Assembly (NCBI RefSeq): GCF_001194135.2
Contig: NC_068988.1
Location: 47,624,594 to 47,688,593 of the forward strand
Direction: 5' to 3'
DNA: 64,000 bases
Origin: Octopus bimaculoides
Lineage: Eukaryota
Shown piece by piece: positions 1-11,699 of the stretch. How positions within the stretch are numbered: position 1 is the first letter of the stretch; the number at the start of each line of letters is the position of its first letter. Made by a program: the position numbers and the translations under genes. The notes beneath the pieces are model-generated. The model was not told where the DNA came from and searched no databases. It saw only the letters and a program-made list of their open reading frames with translations.

Positions 1-128
1 ATGTAAAGTTCTCCCCAGGGAAAAGTATGAGAACCAGCTTAAACGTAAGACATTATAATCGGATATCCGATTATAATGTCTTACGTTTAAGCTGGTTCTC
101 ATACTTTTCCCTGGGGAGAACTTTACAT
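1..128. repeat. Perfect spacerless palindrome, 64-bp arms (may extend left of the window)
   Basis: Bases 1-64 are the exact reverse complement of 65-128, centred on GGAT|ATCC; checked base by base. Confidence 0.97.
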
Positions 129-286
129 TTTTAACATCGCCGATTCCTATGGATCGCATAAATTGTAATTCTTGGAAACATATGTCGGAATAAAAGTATG
201 CAGTTATAATATGCGTTTACTCCATTCTTTAAATTTATATATATGCGAAACGTATACACATGTGCACATAACCACATACATACGCT

Positions 287-590
287 GAGACCCCTTCGGT
301 CATGACGGACCATGGGATTGCACCTAGGAAGTTACCCTCCAAGGTAAAAGTCCGGACAAGGTTGTTTATGGAAGACCATCGTTCACCCATGCATACCGGT
401 CTCCCCTCTCCACGCCACCAGTGTTATCCAAGGGGAAAGCAAAGGCCGATACAACTTGGCATCTGTGACGTCGCAACTCATTTCTACGGCTGAATGAACT
501 GGAGCAGTAAAGTGTCATGCTCAAAATTCGAACTCACAACCTTACGATTCTAAGCTCGACGCTCTAACCACTGAGCCATGTGCCTTCACA
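287..590 (-). mobile_element. tRNA-derived SINE, family D
   Basis: Minus strand begins TGTGAAGGCACATGGCTCAGTGGTTAGAGCG (A box), then GAGTTCGAAT (B-box-like), then a body similar in its 5' part to the copy at 33080. Confidence 0.8.
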
Positions 591-1269
591 AACACATACA
601 TACATGCATACATGCAAAACACACACACATACATATATATATATAATATACCCGCGTAAATGAACATATTTGTAAAGTAATTATATGGATTTTAGTTATA
701 AGCTCTGGTTACGAACTATAGTTGGCATGAATTCGAGAGCTTAAGGGAAAGTATTCAATTCTGTTACAAATACTTACACCCAAATGTGTGGATGTATATT
801 TGCCATGCACAATACACCTGCACATTCGCACGCGTACATATCCATACATACAAGTTTATATACATCAATGCATACACAGCAGAATATTGGTGTTAGCAGA
901 CGCGTGATTGTTGAGGAAAATAATTAATTGCTCTTGTGATAAATGCTATCTCCAACATAAATGCTAGATATTTCTTCAATCAACCTGATCGGAAGAATGG
1001 GTATCACATTGATTGTAGGAATATTTTACTTGATGTCGTAATAATATTCCTCAGAAACTTTGATTGACAATGCAGCAATTTAAGATAAACAACGTGGCTG
1101 CACAGGATAGCTTCAACAACACTGAACAAGAACCGAGGCAAAGCAGTATTGATATAAGCAAACCAGAATCTCTTTAATTAGAGAAAAAAGCGAACCTATA
1201 ATGTATATAATGTACATTTTTCTTGGAGTTATATAACCCATAATGAATTTTACGATTTTAAAATAATCA

Positions 1270-1481
1270 TTTCTATTAAAGGCACAAGGCCTGGAATTTT
1301 GCGGTGGTGGGTGAGTCGATTACCTCGACCGTAGTGTTGAACGGGTACGTATTTTAGCGACCCCGAAAGGTGAAAGACAAAGTCGACCATGGCGAATTTT
1401 GAGCTCAGAACATATGGACAAACGAAATGCAACTAAGTAGTTTGCCCGGTGTGCTAACCATTCTGCCATTGCGCCACCTTT
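1270..1481 (-). mobile_element. SINE family A, diverged copy
   Basis: Reverse complement of the AAGGCGGCGAGCTGGCAGAA...GTCGACTTTGCCTTTCATCCTTTCGGGGTCG...CCTTGTGCCT family seen many times in the window. Confidence 0.85.
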
Positions 1482-2239
1482 ATAGTTTTAAAAGGATCAG
1501 AATTAATTCTGTTAGCTACATGAATATGTTGTAACTATACTGGAATATGCTTCAATCATAGTTAAATTTATTTCACGAGCAAACAATCACACGGACCATT
1601 TGCTCAATCCTTGTGCAACATTGATGATTGTAATTTCATTTCCAAAACTTCTCGATGTATCACAATATTCCTGACTACTACTACTACCACCACCACCACC
1701 ACTACCACCTTACCTCCCAGAAATACTGATCGTGTATACCGAACTCTCAGTTGCGATAATTATTTGGAGAAAAGTATTAAGTCATATATATTATATCACA
1801 TATATATCTCAGGTTTCAATTTTTCTGCTAAGACAAAGATCATATTTAATTACTAAAAGAACCACTTTGTTGATTCTAACATTTCAATTCTCATACCCGC
1901 CCTGCAGGGTTTACTAGTTCTTTACAAATAAGACGGTGAGTCATATACCACTGAATTTCCATTTACATGCCCTTTATACAAACACAGTGGATGGAACCCT
2001 CTCTTAGAACTGTTCAGGTTTTCAGCGGCAGTTGTAGCGAACGCTTAATGCTTCTTTTCTCTCAACCACTTTTTGTATAATTTAACATCCTGCAAATCTA
2101 GATTTTCCTGACCATCAATCAGTTCGTTTCTTCTTCTATAAACGCTACATATTTGAGTAAAGTACTTCATATTGTGCCTTCCTTCAAAAATGTCTCATAT
2201 TATTTTAAGCCATTTTATAGTATTTTATAATATTCTTTT

Positions 2240-2850
2240 CTAATCTAGGCACAAAGCACGAAAATTTCGGGGAGGGAGCCAGTAGATTAGATCGACCCCA
2301 GTACGCAACTGGTATTTAATTTATCGACCCCGAAAGGATGAAAGGCAAAGTCGACCTCGGCGGAATTTTAACTCAGAACGTAAACACAGACGAAATACCG
2401 CTAAGCATTTCACTCGGTGTGCTAACGTTTCGTATTTCTTTATTGCCCAGAAGGAGCTAAACATAGAGGGGACAAACAAGGACAAACAAATGGATTATGT
2501 CGATTACATCGTCCCCAGTGCGTAACTGGTACTTAATTTATCGGCCTCGAAAGGATGAAAGGCAAAGTCGACCTCGGCGGAATTAGAACTCAGAACTTAG
2601 CGCCAGACGAAATACCTACTTCGTTATTGCCCGCAAGGGGCTAAACATAGAGGGAACAAACAAGAACAGACGAACGGATTAAGTCGATTACATCGACCCC
2701 AGTGCGTAACTGGTAATTAACTTATCGACCCCGAAAAGACGAAAGGCAAAGTCGACCTCGGCGGAATTTGAACTCAGAACGTAACGGCAGACGAAACACC
2801 GCCAAGCATTTCGTCCGGCGTGCTAACGTTTCTGCCAGCTCACCGTCTTA
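2240..2850 (-). mobile_element. Three head-to-tail or nested SINE-A units
   Basis: GAAAGGCAAAGTCGACCTCGGCGGAAT occurs three times (about 2340, 2557, 2741); only the rightmost unit has the complete head. Confidence 0.92.
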
Positions 2851-5769
2851 GTCTTTTACAATATTATCATAGTTTTTCTTCCACACGCGTGCCCGCATAT
2901 ACACATACATGTATGCATACATATATGTGTATATAACGTAAGCATTTATTTACATATATAATTACATTTATAATTATAATAATAATATTTTTTACTATAA
3001 ATGATGTTCACATTCTTTTTACTTTACATAAAATGTTTTTTACATTCTACTGTTGTTTTATTGCTATTTATGTACAAGCATTATAAATTTTATTGGTAAA
3101 ATATTTTTCTGTGAACGAATTACGATTTATAACATTGCTACTATGGGAAATTATTGCTCTGCTTTACGAGTTGTCGCTTTACGAGCAGTCTCTGGGAGCA
3201 AATTAGCTCCTATATCGGAGCATTGCTGTATATACATATAGATATATGTATTTATAAACATTTAACGCTAAGTTATCTACATATATGTAAGGTAAGGTCT
3301 AAATAAAAATTAAAATGTCATGAAATGTGTTACATATTTATTTTTAATATATACTGGCAGATTCGTACGCAAAAAGCTAGACTATGCTGTGTACGTCACA
3401 TGAAAATAAGGTGTTTGCTCTTGAGGACAATCTATTCATAAAACACTCAGTTCACTAGTGCACAGAGTTCTGAAACATGGGTATTTTGGCATGTACCTTG
3501 TGAGGCAGAAGTTCCAGAGATTTTGAGCCTAAAGAAGTTGGTGACTGATTTCTTAATCTCTGCGAAGAAATTCTGCAAACCTATATCAGCTTTTATAGAA
3601 ACCAAATCATACATTATTGTCTTTCAAAGGGAAATATACATTGGATAATGTGCTTTTGTATTAACACTGCTTCAAATGAAAACAAAAGCGTAATGTCCAT
3701 GGCATGGATGTTTTCGAGCAAAGATCTGTTCGCTCAAGGACGTTTTGAGCAAAGATCTGTTCTATCAAGGCCAACTTTGACCTAAAAGCACAGCAAGAAC
3801 AACTCATCGGTGAAGGCAGACACAATAGGTCTGTGGATTTCACGAGTGATTGTTCATTACTTGTGCACATAAACAGTGGGGTTCCTAAAGATGTGAGAAA
3901 AAAAGCTAACAACATAATTTGTTTCTGCTCTACCTAACACTATAAAAAGGCTGACAAGTTTAGATATTTGAAATTTAGTAAAGTTGGTAGCTATAGCAGA
4001 GTTCATGTGGGAGTGAAAGCAACATGTCTGTTGTCAACATGATGTGTACCTCTAAGTATATACTGCCATTTAGGATGGTTTTCAAAGAAATAAAAATCAA
4101 AACGAAGGAAACGTTTTAGGTATTCTAAACCATTTTATTTAATTAATTCAGTTTTCCTTTAAAATATTCCAAACTTTGAAAAGTTTGGTTTCTAATCTTC
4201 AACTAATAGTATCAATAACATATATTATGTTATATCTTCTGACCTAATGCAACTCACTACTTCGATTTCAATTTTTTTTCACCATTTACTCGCCCAGAGC
4301 CAAAGTGACTGGATTTTACAGTAAAGAAATGAGAAAATTTCAGAAATTTTATCTTTTCCAGTCCTTGATGAATCATGGCGTTGAAAAGAATAAGTTCTGC
4401 AATAAACCTTTCCTGTCACATATAGAATCGGTTGTTAACGAGTCATTAGTAAACTACAGAAGAGATCAGCATCAACACACCTCTGGCAACCCTCATACCA
4501 TTCTTGGAAGCATACATCTTCTCGTTCACGCCATCAGAAAAGATAATGGAGCTTTACAATTGCAGATATTGTTCGCTACTACAACACAAGATCAATAAAT
4601 CATCGAAATTAATACATCTAGCCTATTATTATTACTACTGTTATTATTATTATTAACAATAGCAACAACAACAATGATAATATTTATAGTTGTTGTAGTA
4701 TTAGAGAAAGATATCTGAGATAGGTATCAACTCGTCAAATAATCTCCATACAAAAGGAATAGATGTTTAAGAAATTCAGCTCAGAAGCTAGTTTATGAAG
4801 GTGAGGCTACATATATTTCCTCGGGATAATACCTTCATTTGATAACTGTCTGTCCTCTGGCACAGTCACAATGATTTACCATGACAGACTACCAGGAGAA
4901 ATGTCACACAAATATTGAATGAAAATGATTAAATTTTGCTCTGCTTTATTTTCTTTACCGCCCCCCCACCAATTTTTTTTATTTTTGTTTTCTATTTTGC
5001 TTTTATATTTTTATATAGCTGGTTTGAATGGCGAGGGTGGAAGGGGAGTGTTTATGACATTTCACTGAAGAGTTGTTTCTGTGTATTTCCTTATTCTTGT
5101 TCTACACTTTACAGGTTAGAAAAAAAAAAAAAAACAGTTTTTAAGATTTGTAGTAACACAAAAAAATTTTGATATCCATTGTATATTTACATTCATTTCN
5201 NNNNNNNNNNNNNNNNNNNNNNNNNNNNNNNNNNNNNNNNNNNNNNNNNNNNNNNNNNNNNNNNNNNNNNNNNNNNNNNNNNNNNNNNNNNNNNNNNNNN
5301 NNNNNNNNNNNNNNNNNNNNNNNNNNNNNNNNNNNNNNNNNNNNNNNNNNNNNNNNNNNNNNNNNNNNNNNNNNNNNNNNNNNNNNNNNNNNNNNNNNNN
5401 NNNNNNNNNNNNNNNNNNNNNNNNNNNNNNNNNNNNNNNNNNNNNNNNNNNNNNNNNNNNNNNNNNNNNNNNNNNNNNNNNNNNNNNNNNNNNNNNNNNN
5501 NNNNNNNNNNNNNNNNNNNNNNNNNNNNNNNNNNNNNNNNNNNNNNNNNNNNNNNNNNNNNNNNNNNNNNNNNNNNNNNNNNNNNNNNNNNNNNNNNNNN
5601 NNNNNNNNNNNNNNNNNNNNNNNNNNNNNNNNNNNNNNNNNNNNNNNNNNNNNNNNNNNNNNTATATATATATATATCTCTGTAAGTATGATTGTGTGTG
5701 TCTGTGAGCCTCTGTGTGCGTGTATTTTTGGGGGGAGGGGGTACATATTGTGCGCGTGGCCTTCAGAGG

Positions 5770-6115
5770 CTTTCTGTGTCTGTTGAGATTTATTCCATCG
5801 ATGTTTCGCTTTAACTGCTGCAAAGCGATGACTGGTAAGAAAATTACGTATTGAATGTGAGATGAAGATGTGAATTTCCAGAGAGTCACCATTCTGGGAA
5901 GCAAAAATAGTAGTTAGCACGGATCTTGGCTAGTTAGAACCAATGTTGTTAATGCAAGGAGAAACATGTAAATTCAGGGTGTCCGCTGTGGTGGAGATTC
6001 CCATAGAATAAGCTGAGGCAAAGCAAAGAAGAAGCATCTCCGTTGGTCAGAGGTAGAAATAAGTCTGTGACTTGTAGTCAATCGAATAGCTATTCTCTGG
6101 TTGACAGCCATTACT
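5770..6115 (-). mobile_element. L2/CR1-group LINE 3' end fragment, decayed
   Basis: Minus-strand translation LPRMVTLWK...FLPVIALQQLKRNIDGINL resembles the LWNSLP...FK C-terminus of L2/Crack-like ORF2. Confidence 0.6.
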
Positions 6116-6128
6116 CTAAACTCTAGAG

Positions 6129-6249
6129 CAATGGTTCTGAACCGCGGCCTGTATGGGCCTTGGGGGTTCGTATCAAATTTTGTTGTTAAAATTTATCTGC
6201 AATGAATTAGTTATACTGCTACATTATGCAAAATCGCTGAAAACCACTG
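6129..6249. mobile_element. hAT (Charlie-like) MITE
   Basis: Termini CAATGGTTCT...AAACCACTG; flanking 8-mers CTCTAGAG / GTTCAGAG resemble a decayed hAT TSD. Confidence 0.55.
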
Positions 6250-6291
6250 GTTCAGAGAGTGTATGTAGCAGCAGCACTATTCCAGAGTCTA

Positions 6292-6678
6292 GTGGAGGCG
6301 CAATGGCCCAGTGATTAGGGCAGCGGACTCGCGGTCATAGGATCGCGGTTTCGATTCCCAGACAGGGCGCTATGAGTGTTTATTGAGCAAAAACACCTAA
6401 AGCTCTACGAGGCTCCGGCAGAGCATGGTGGCGAACCCTGCTGTACTCTTTCACCACAACTTTCTCTCACTCTTACTTCCTGTTTCTGTTGTGCCTGTAA
6501 TTCAAAGGGTCAGCCTTATCACACTGAGTCACGCTGAATATCCCCAAGAACTACGTTAAGGGTACACGTATCTGTGGAGTGCTCAGCCATTTGCACGCTA
6601 ATTTCACGAGCAGGCTGTTCTGTTGATCGGATCAACTGGAACCCTCGACGTCGTAAACGACGGAGTGCCAACAACAAC
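6292..6678 (+). mobile_element. tRNA-derived SINE, family B, full length (head Arg-like; possibly the octopus OR group)
   Basis: A box TGGCCCAGTG, B box GGTTTCGATTCCC, (AAC)n tail, 13-bp TSD ATTCCAGAGTCTA (6279-6291) / ATTCCAGACTCTA (6679-6691). Confidence 0.92.
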
Positions 6679-6769
6679 ATTCCAGACTCTATAGTTGAAG
6701 CTTCGTAGTTACGAAGAGTGATAGACTGGAAAGGTTTGATCTCAAATATAGATGTATATACATATATAT

Positions 6770-6930
6770 ACGACGGGCTTCTTTCAGTTTCCGTCAACCA
6801 AATCCACTCGCAAAGCATTGGTTGGTCCGAGGCTATAGCAGAAAGCACTTGCCTAAGGTTCCACGCAGTGGGACTAAACCTGAAACTATGCGTTTTGAAA
6901 GCAAGCATCTTACCACAGTCTCACTTGTGC
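6770..6930 (-). mobile_element. SINE family C, 5' half
   Basis: Reverse complement of the ...CAGTCCCACTGCGTGG...GACGGAAACTGAAAGAAGCCCGTCG family (compare 47677). Confidence 0.85.
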
Positions 6931-7419
6931 CCATTTATTTTAATGTATTTTACATCTTTCACAACCAGTTGTCGCACTTAATTTACACCATAACATTTGT
7001 CTTCTGTGAAAGTGCTAACTCATCGTTTCTACCCATTTAATCCGGTTTTCATTACAGCTAACCTTATTCAACCGTATTACTGCTTCACTAATCCCTCAGA
7101 ATTCTGACCGTTTTCACTCCATTATAATGCTTCCTCATTTTGCTCCTCGAACATCGCTCTTACATATGTTTTTCACTTCTTGCTCTCTTCCTCTCTACAC
7201 ACTTCTAGCTCTCCCTCTTATGGCTTCTTGTACTTAGTATTTAAAAACCATTTAGAGCCAGCCCTTTACGATATACTTCGTGCTCTTTAGTGAAATGCAA
7301 TTTCTTCCTCTTCTCAGTCTGTTGATTTGTACCAAGGTCAGGAGCCTAAGTCTTATAACTATTATTGCTATTATTTTATTGTCATTATCATTGGTGTTGT
7401 TAATATTGGTTTCACAATT

Positions 7420-7628
7420 TGACACAAGGCTAGTAATTTTGAGGGAGGGGCAATTCGATTACATTGAAACCCTACTCCCAGTGTTCAACTGGTACTTATT
7501 TTATCGACCTCGAAAGCATAAAAGCGAAGTCGGCCTTGGTGGAATTTGAACTCAGGATCTAAAGACGGACGAAATGCCGCTAAGCATTTTTCCCGGCGTG
7601 TTAAAGATTTTGTCAGTTCGACGCCATA
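7420..7628 (-). mobile_element. SINE family A, diverged; a further fragment lies at about 7655-7790
   Basis: TTGACACAAGGC...TTATCGACCTCGAAAG...GGAATTTGAACTCAG match the family. Confidence 0.8.
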
Positions 7629-8808
7629 TTGTTGTTATCTTTAATTTCAAATTTTGGCACGAGACCAGCAATTTAAATAGGAAAGTGAATTGCATCGAAC
7701 TCAATGCTTGAATGGTGCTTATTTTATCAACCCCGAAAAGAAGAAAGCAAAAACAAGATCAGTAGAACATGAATTCAGAAAACTCTCTGACTCTCTCTCT
7801 CCTCTATCTCTCTCCTCTCCCCCCTCTCTCTTTCTCTCTGAATCGGCTATGGTAGAACCTAGTGACGGATGGGGTCCTTCGCTTGCAACAGCGTTCCTAA
7901 TATTATAAATGGAGTTGACGATCCAAAGCGGGTCAATATTTTTAAATACACACATATAAATGCATGCTTATGCATATATATGTGTGTGTGTGTATGTATT
8001 TATGTGTGTATGTATATACCTATGTCAACATAGGTATATATAAATATTTGTGTGTGTGAGTGCGCGTTTGTATATTTGTGTTTGTGTGTGTTTGTATGTG
8101 TATATAAGGATGTGTAATTACGCATGCCCATATAAAAGAACTATGCACACACTCTTAAACGAACCCACACGCAACAACATACGAACCCAGTTTCGTATTA
8201 TAAATGAAGTAAAAGTTGTTAGGTCAATCTCTCGGTCAGCAAAGAATCGTGTAGTAAAATTTCGAACATCTCTGTAAAACCAAAGAAATTTTGTATCATG
8301 TTTCCTCCTCCACGTTTTTACCTTACGTACACCCGCCACCACGGTTATCAGAGAGCAATGCATCTATATGGCATGTTCGTTTTTCTCATCTATGTGTTTC
8401 TATTTCTTACAGTCTTAGAACCGTCATCGTTTTCTTAAAAGTCACTGCTTCTCCATTTACTCTCTTTTGACAATCATTCAGGTTTGATACGTGAAGAAAA
8501 TAAGACATTTTTACAATTAATTCAATTGATTTCATACAAAGCCGTTATTTGCAAGATATGTGGTTATAAGAGACATAAAATCTACTCCGAAGATGTCAGC
8601 CATGCTACACAACTAAAGCCTACATATCGCCGCTATGTAGGTAACAATACTTTACAAAAGGCAAATGGGATTTCAGCGTACACATAGATAATTTGTTTCA
8701 CTCTAGTTTAACCTTCCTCTTTAACTTTCTCTTCCTTTCTGTTGACTTCTTACCATACTCTGCATCTATATTACTCTCTCTTTCTCTCTCTCAATCCATC
8801 AATCGACA

Positions 8809-8849
<41 letters not shown>

Positions 8850-9206
8850 ATATATATATATATATANNNNNNNNNNNNNNNNNNNNNNNNNNNNNNNNNN
8901 NNNNNNNNNNNNNNNNNNNNNNNNNNNNNNNNNNNNNNNNNNNNNNNNNNNNNNNNNNNNNNNNNNNNNNNNNNNNNNNNNNNNNNNNNNNNNNNNNNNN
9001 NNNNNNNNNNNNNNNNNNNNNNNNNNNNNNNNNNNNNNNNNNNNNNNNNNNNNNNNNNNNNNNNNNNNNNNNNNNNNNNNNNNNNNNNNNNNAATTTTTG
9101 TCTCTTTTTATGGAAACAAAAGGGTTTATAGGACTACCGAAAAAGAAAGTGCTCAAATGTAATTGAGACATAGATATAGAAACATTGATCATAGAGCAAA
9201 CATCAA

Positions 9207-9277
<71 letters not shown>

Positions 9278-9506
9278 GATAGATAGATAGACAGATAGGT
9301 AGATAGATAGATAGATAGATAGATAGATATGTTAATAGATAGATAAATAAATAGAAAGTGAGAGAGAAATATACGTAATAAAAAAATCACGCATACAGAA
9401 ATGGCTACTCATCTTCTTAGAGCGCAGTCTACCATCGCAACTTTGTGTATCAATCAAGTACACGACAACATATACACAAATACAAACGCTCGCGCGCGCA
9501 TACACA

Positions 9507-9583
<77 letters not shown>

Positions 9584-10216
9584 AGAAACTCACCAGCAAT
9601 GTATAGAGACCAAACATCACGAGAAACTTAGAGTTAGAGTGGAAAATCATTAACGAAGTTACAGACTTGTACTAAAAAAGAACTTGGCAAATCATTGAAT
9701 TATTATAGAGGTAAACGTGCACTAGTCTCTGTGATTTTATTGTCAGAACGACCAGTTCAGAATACTGATATATATATATATATATACATTCATACACACA
9801 CACGCGCGCACACACAAATTTGTATGCTTCATCTCAAAAGCATGTCTTTTCACTCTGCCCAGTTTTGTGTTCTATATCAGATATTTACTTAATGTATTGA
9901 TAACATACCAGATATTTCCTGTATGTAAAAATATGTTTGGGTACACTCCTAAACATAGGCACAAACAAAAGCACACGCATACATCCACACACACACAAAC
10001 ACACTTATGCGTGCGTGCATGCATTTCCGATATTTTAATATTATTTGTCCCTTATTTTACTTTTAATTATTTCAGCAGTGCTTAAGAAATATGTGATATT
10101 CAACTGAACTATACATATATACAAACATAAATACATTCATGAATACATACATACATACATACATACATACATACATACATACATACACGCATGCCTGCAT
10201 ACATGTGTATATACGT

Positions 10217-10857
10217 ACGACTTCTTTCTAAACTCGATGTGTCCTTGCAAAACTTCGGAGGGTCCAAGAAGCTCCTGAACGTGAATTCTACTTGTTTTGG
10301 GTGAATAAAATGTTGTGCAGCACTGAATTTACTGTTCAGCCCAATCAGCTGTAAAATCATAGGCACGACAGAGATGGAGACAAACAGAATCCAAATGCAC
10401 TGCAAGTTTTCTTATATAGGTTTGCCTTCACATACATGCTACTAAATGCCTAATCAACAAAAGAGCCAGTGAAGCTCTTGGAGTTCCAAGATGCAGCCGT
10501 AAATGAAGTTTATGTCGTCACATGTGATTAGGAGCTGCCCAAAAATGTCATCAAAAAGCTGCCCCACCGATGCGGCATAAAGTTGTCGCTAAAACAATAC
10601 AGAATGCCATTCGGTAAAATGACTATCCTGGAATAAATATTCAGAATCCCCCTGTTATTGAATACGTACACATGTACCTGCACAAGGAATACTGGTGGAA
10701 TATTCCCATCAAAACATCTCGCAAGTGTAAGCATAACTGGCTGAATATCATTGTTTTGGACAGGCAGGAAAATGTATGTACCGTCATGGAAGTCAGCTGT
10801 TCTGCTGATGTGAATATCTCTTTGAAAATCAAAGAGAAAGAAAATAACTATGGATAA
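10217..10857 (+). mobile_element. R4/Dong-like non-LTR retrotransposon fragment: CCHC region plus RLE endonuclease, frameshifted
   Basis: ORF 10672-10857 KEYWWNIPIKTSRKCKHNWLNIIVLDRQENVCTVMEVSCSADVNISLKIKEKENNYG fits the HNRPDIV...E.SCP.D.N...K..EK RLE motif; upstream frames give HVIRSCPKMS remnants. The left boundary is approximate. Confidence 0.8.
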
Positions 10858-10858
10858 C

Positions 10859-11004
10859 TACATTATTTACATTTGACGGATATTTGTCCTCATCTTGTTT
10901 GTTGTTAACACAACGTTTCGGCTGATATACCTTCCAGCCTTCATCAGGTGTCTTGGCGAAATTTCGAACCTGGGTTCTCATACCTAAGGTATTTCTCGAT
11001 ATTA

Positions 11005-11060
<56 letters not shown>

Positions 11061-11077
11061 ATTATTATCATTCAGGT
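10859..11077 (-). mobile_element. Non-autonomous element with an (AAT)n tract and a Penelope-like 3' tail
   Basis: Minus strand reads (AAT)n-ATCGAGAAATACCTTAGG...CCAAGACACCTGATGAAGGCTGG...GAAACGTTGTG...TGTAAATAATG. Confidence 0.7.
10907..10952 (-). ncRNA. Minimal type I hammerhead ribozyme motif (Penelope-type)
   Basis: GACAC-CTGATGA-A-GGCTG(GAAGGTATAT)CAGCC-GAAA-CG-TT-GTGTT: 5-bp stem I, 5-bp stem II, loopless palindromic ACGT stem III. Activity untested. Confidence 0.75.
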
Positions 11078-11078
11078 G

Positions 11079-11205
11079 ACCTGATAAAGGCTGGAGGGTA
11101 TATCAGCCGAAACGTTGTGTTAATAACAAACAAGATGAGGACAAATACCCGTCAAATGTAAATAATGTAAATAATGTACACAATTCTCATCTGTTAAATA
11201 TAGAA
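11079..11205 (+). mobile_element. Inverted duplicate of the Penelope-like tail, hammerhead core mutated (CTGATAA)
   Basis: 11079-11169 is a near-perfect reverse complement of 10859-10949. Confidence 0.85.
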
Positions 11206-11288
11206 CCGTGTGGACATCTACTTCGAAACCTCTAGCTTCTATATCCGGATTACAAATTTACATTTATACCACTAATAATTGGAACACT

Positions 11289-11502
11289 TAAGGCGGCGAG
11301 CAGGCAGAAACGTTAGCACGCCAGACGAAAGATTTAGCGTTATTCTGTCCGTCTCTACGTTCTGAGTTCAAATTCCACCGAGGTCGACTTTGCTTTTTAT
11401 CCTTTCGGGATCGATAAATTAAGTAACAGTTGCGTACTGGGGTCGATTTAATCGACTGGCCCCTCGCCAAAAGTTTCGGGCCTTGTGCCTAGAATAGAAA
11501 AG
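11289..11502 (+). mobile_element. SINE family A, full length with TSD
   Basis: TAAGGCGGCGAG head, GAGTTCAAATTCC B box; 15-bp TSD AATAATTGGAACACT (11274-11288) / AATAATTGGAGCACT (11503-11517). Confidence 0.93.
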
Positions 11503-11699
11503 AATAATTGGAGCACTTTGCTTTATAAGTAAATGCCTAAATGTTAGTCAGGATAAGTTTTGATTTTCAGAGAAAGAAATCAACCAACTGATTCGTACAT
11601 TACAAATCAAATACAATGTGTAAGCGGAACGGTAAAACTATGCAAGACTATTCTCAGGTTTAAAATGTGACATTGTTTTCGTTATTTACATTCTAAAGA

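Noticed and set aside
880-1190. Short open frames with a hydrophobic stretch on the minus strand
   Set aside because: Multiple stops, no convincing splice-site pair and no recognisable family.
6292-6370. tRNA-like heads of the SINEs
   Set aside because: They are followed by SINE bodies and lack complete cloverleaf acceptor stems, so they are not called tRNA genes.
8185-8255. Minus-strand CTGACCGAG...GAAAC resembling a hammerhead
   Set aside because: Wrong core spacing and no stem II.
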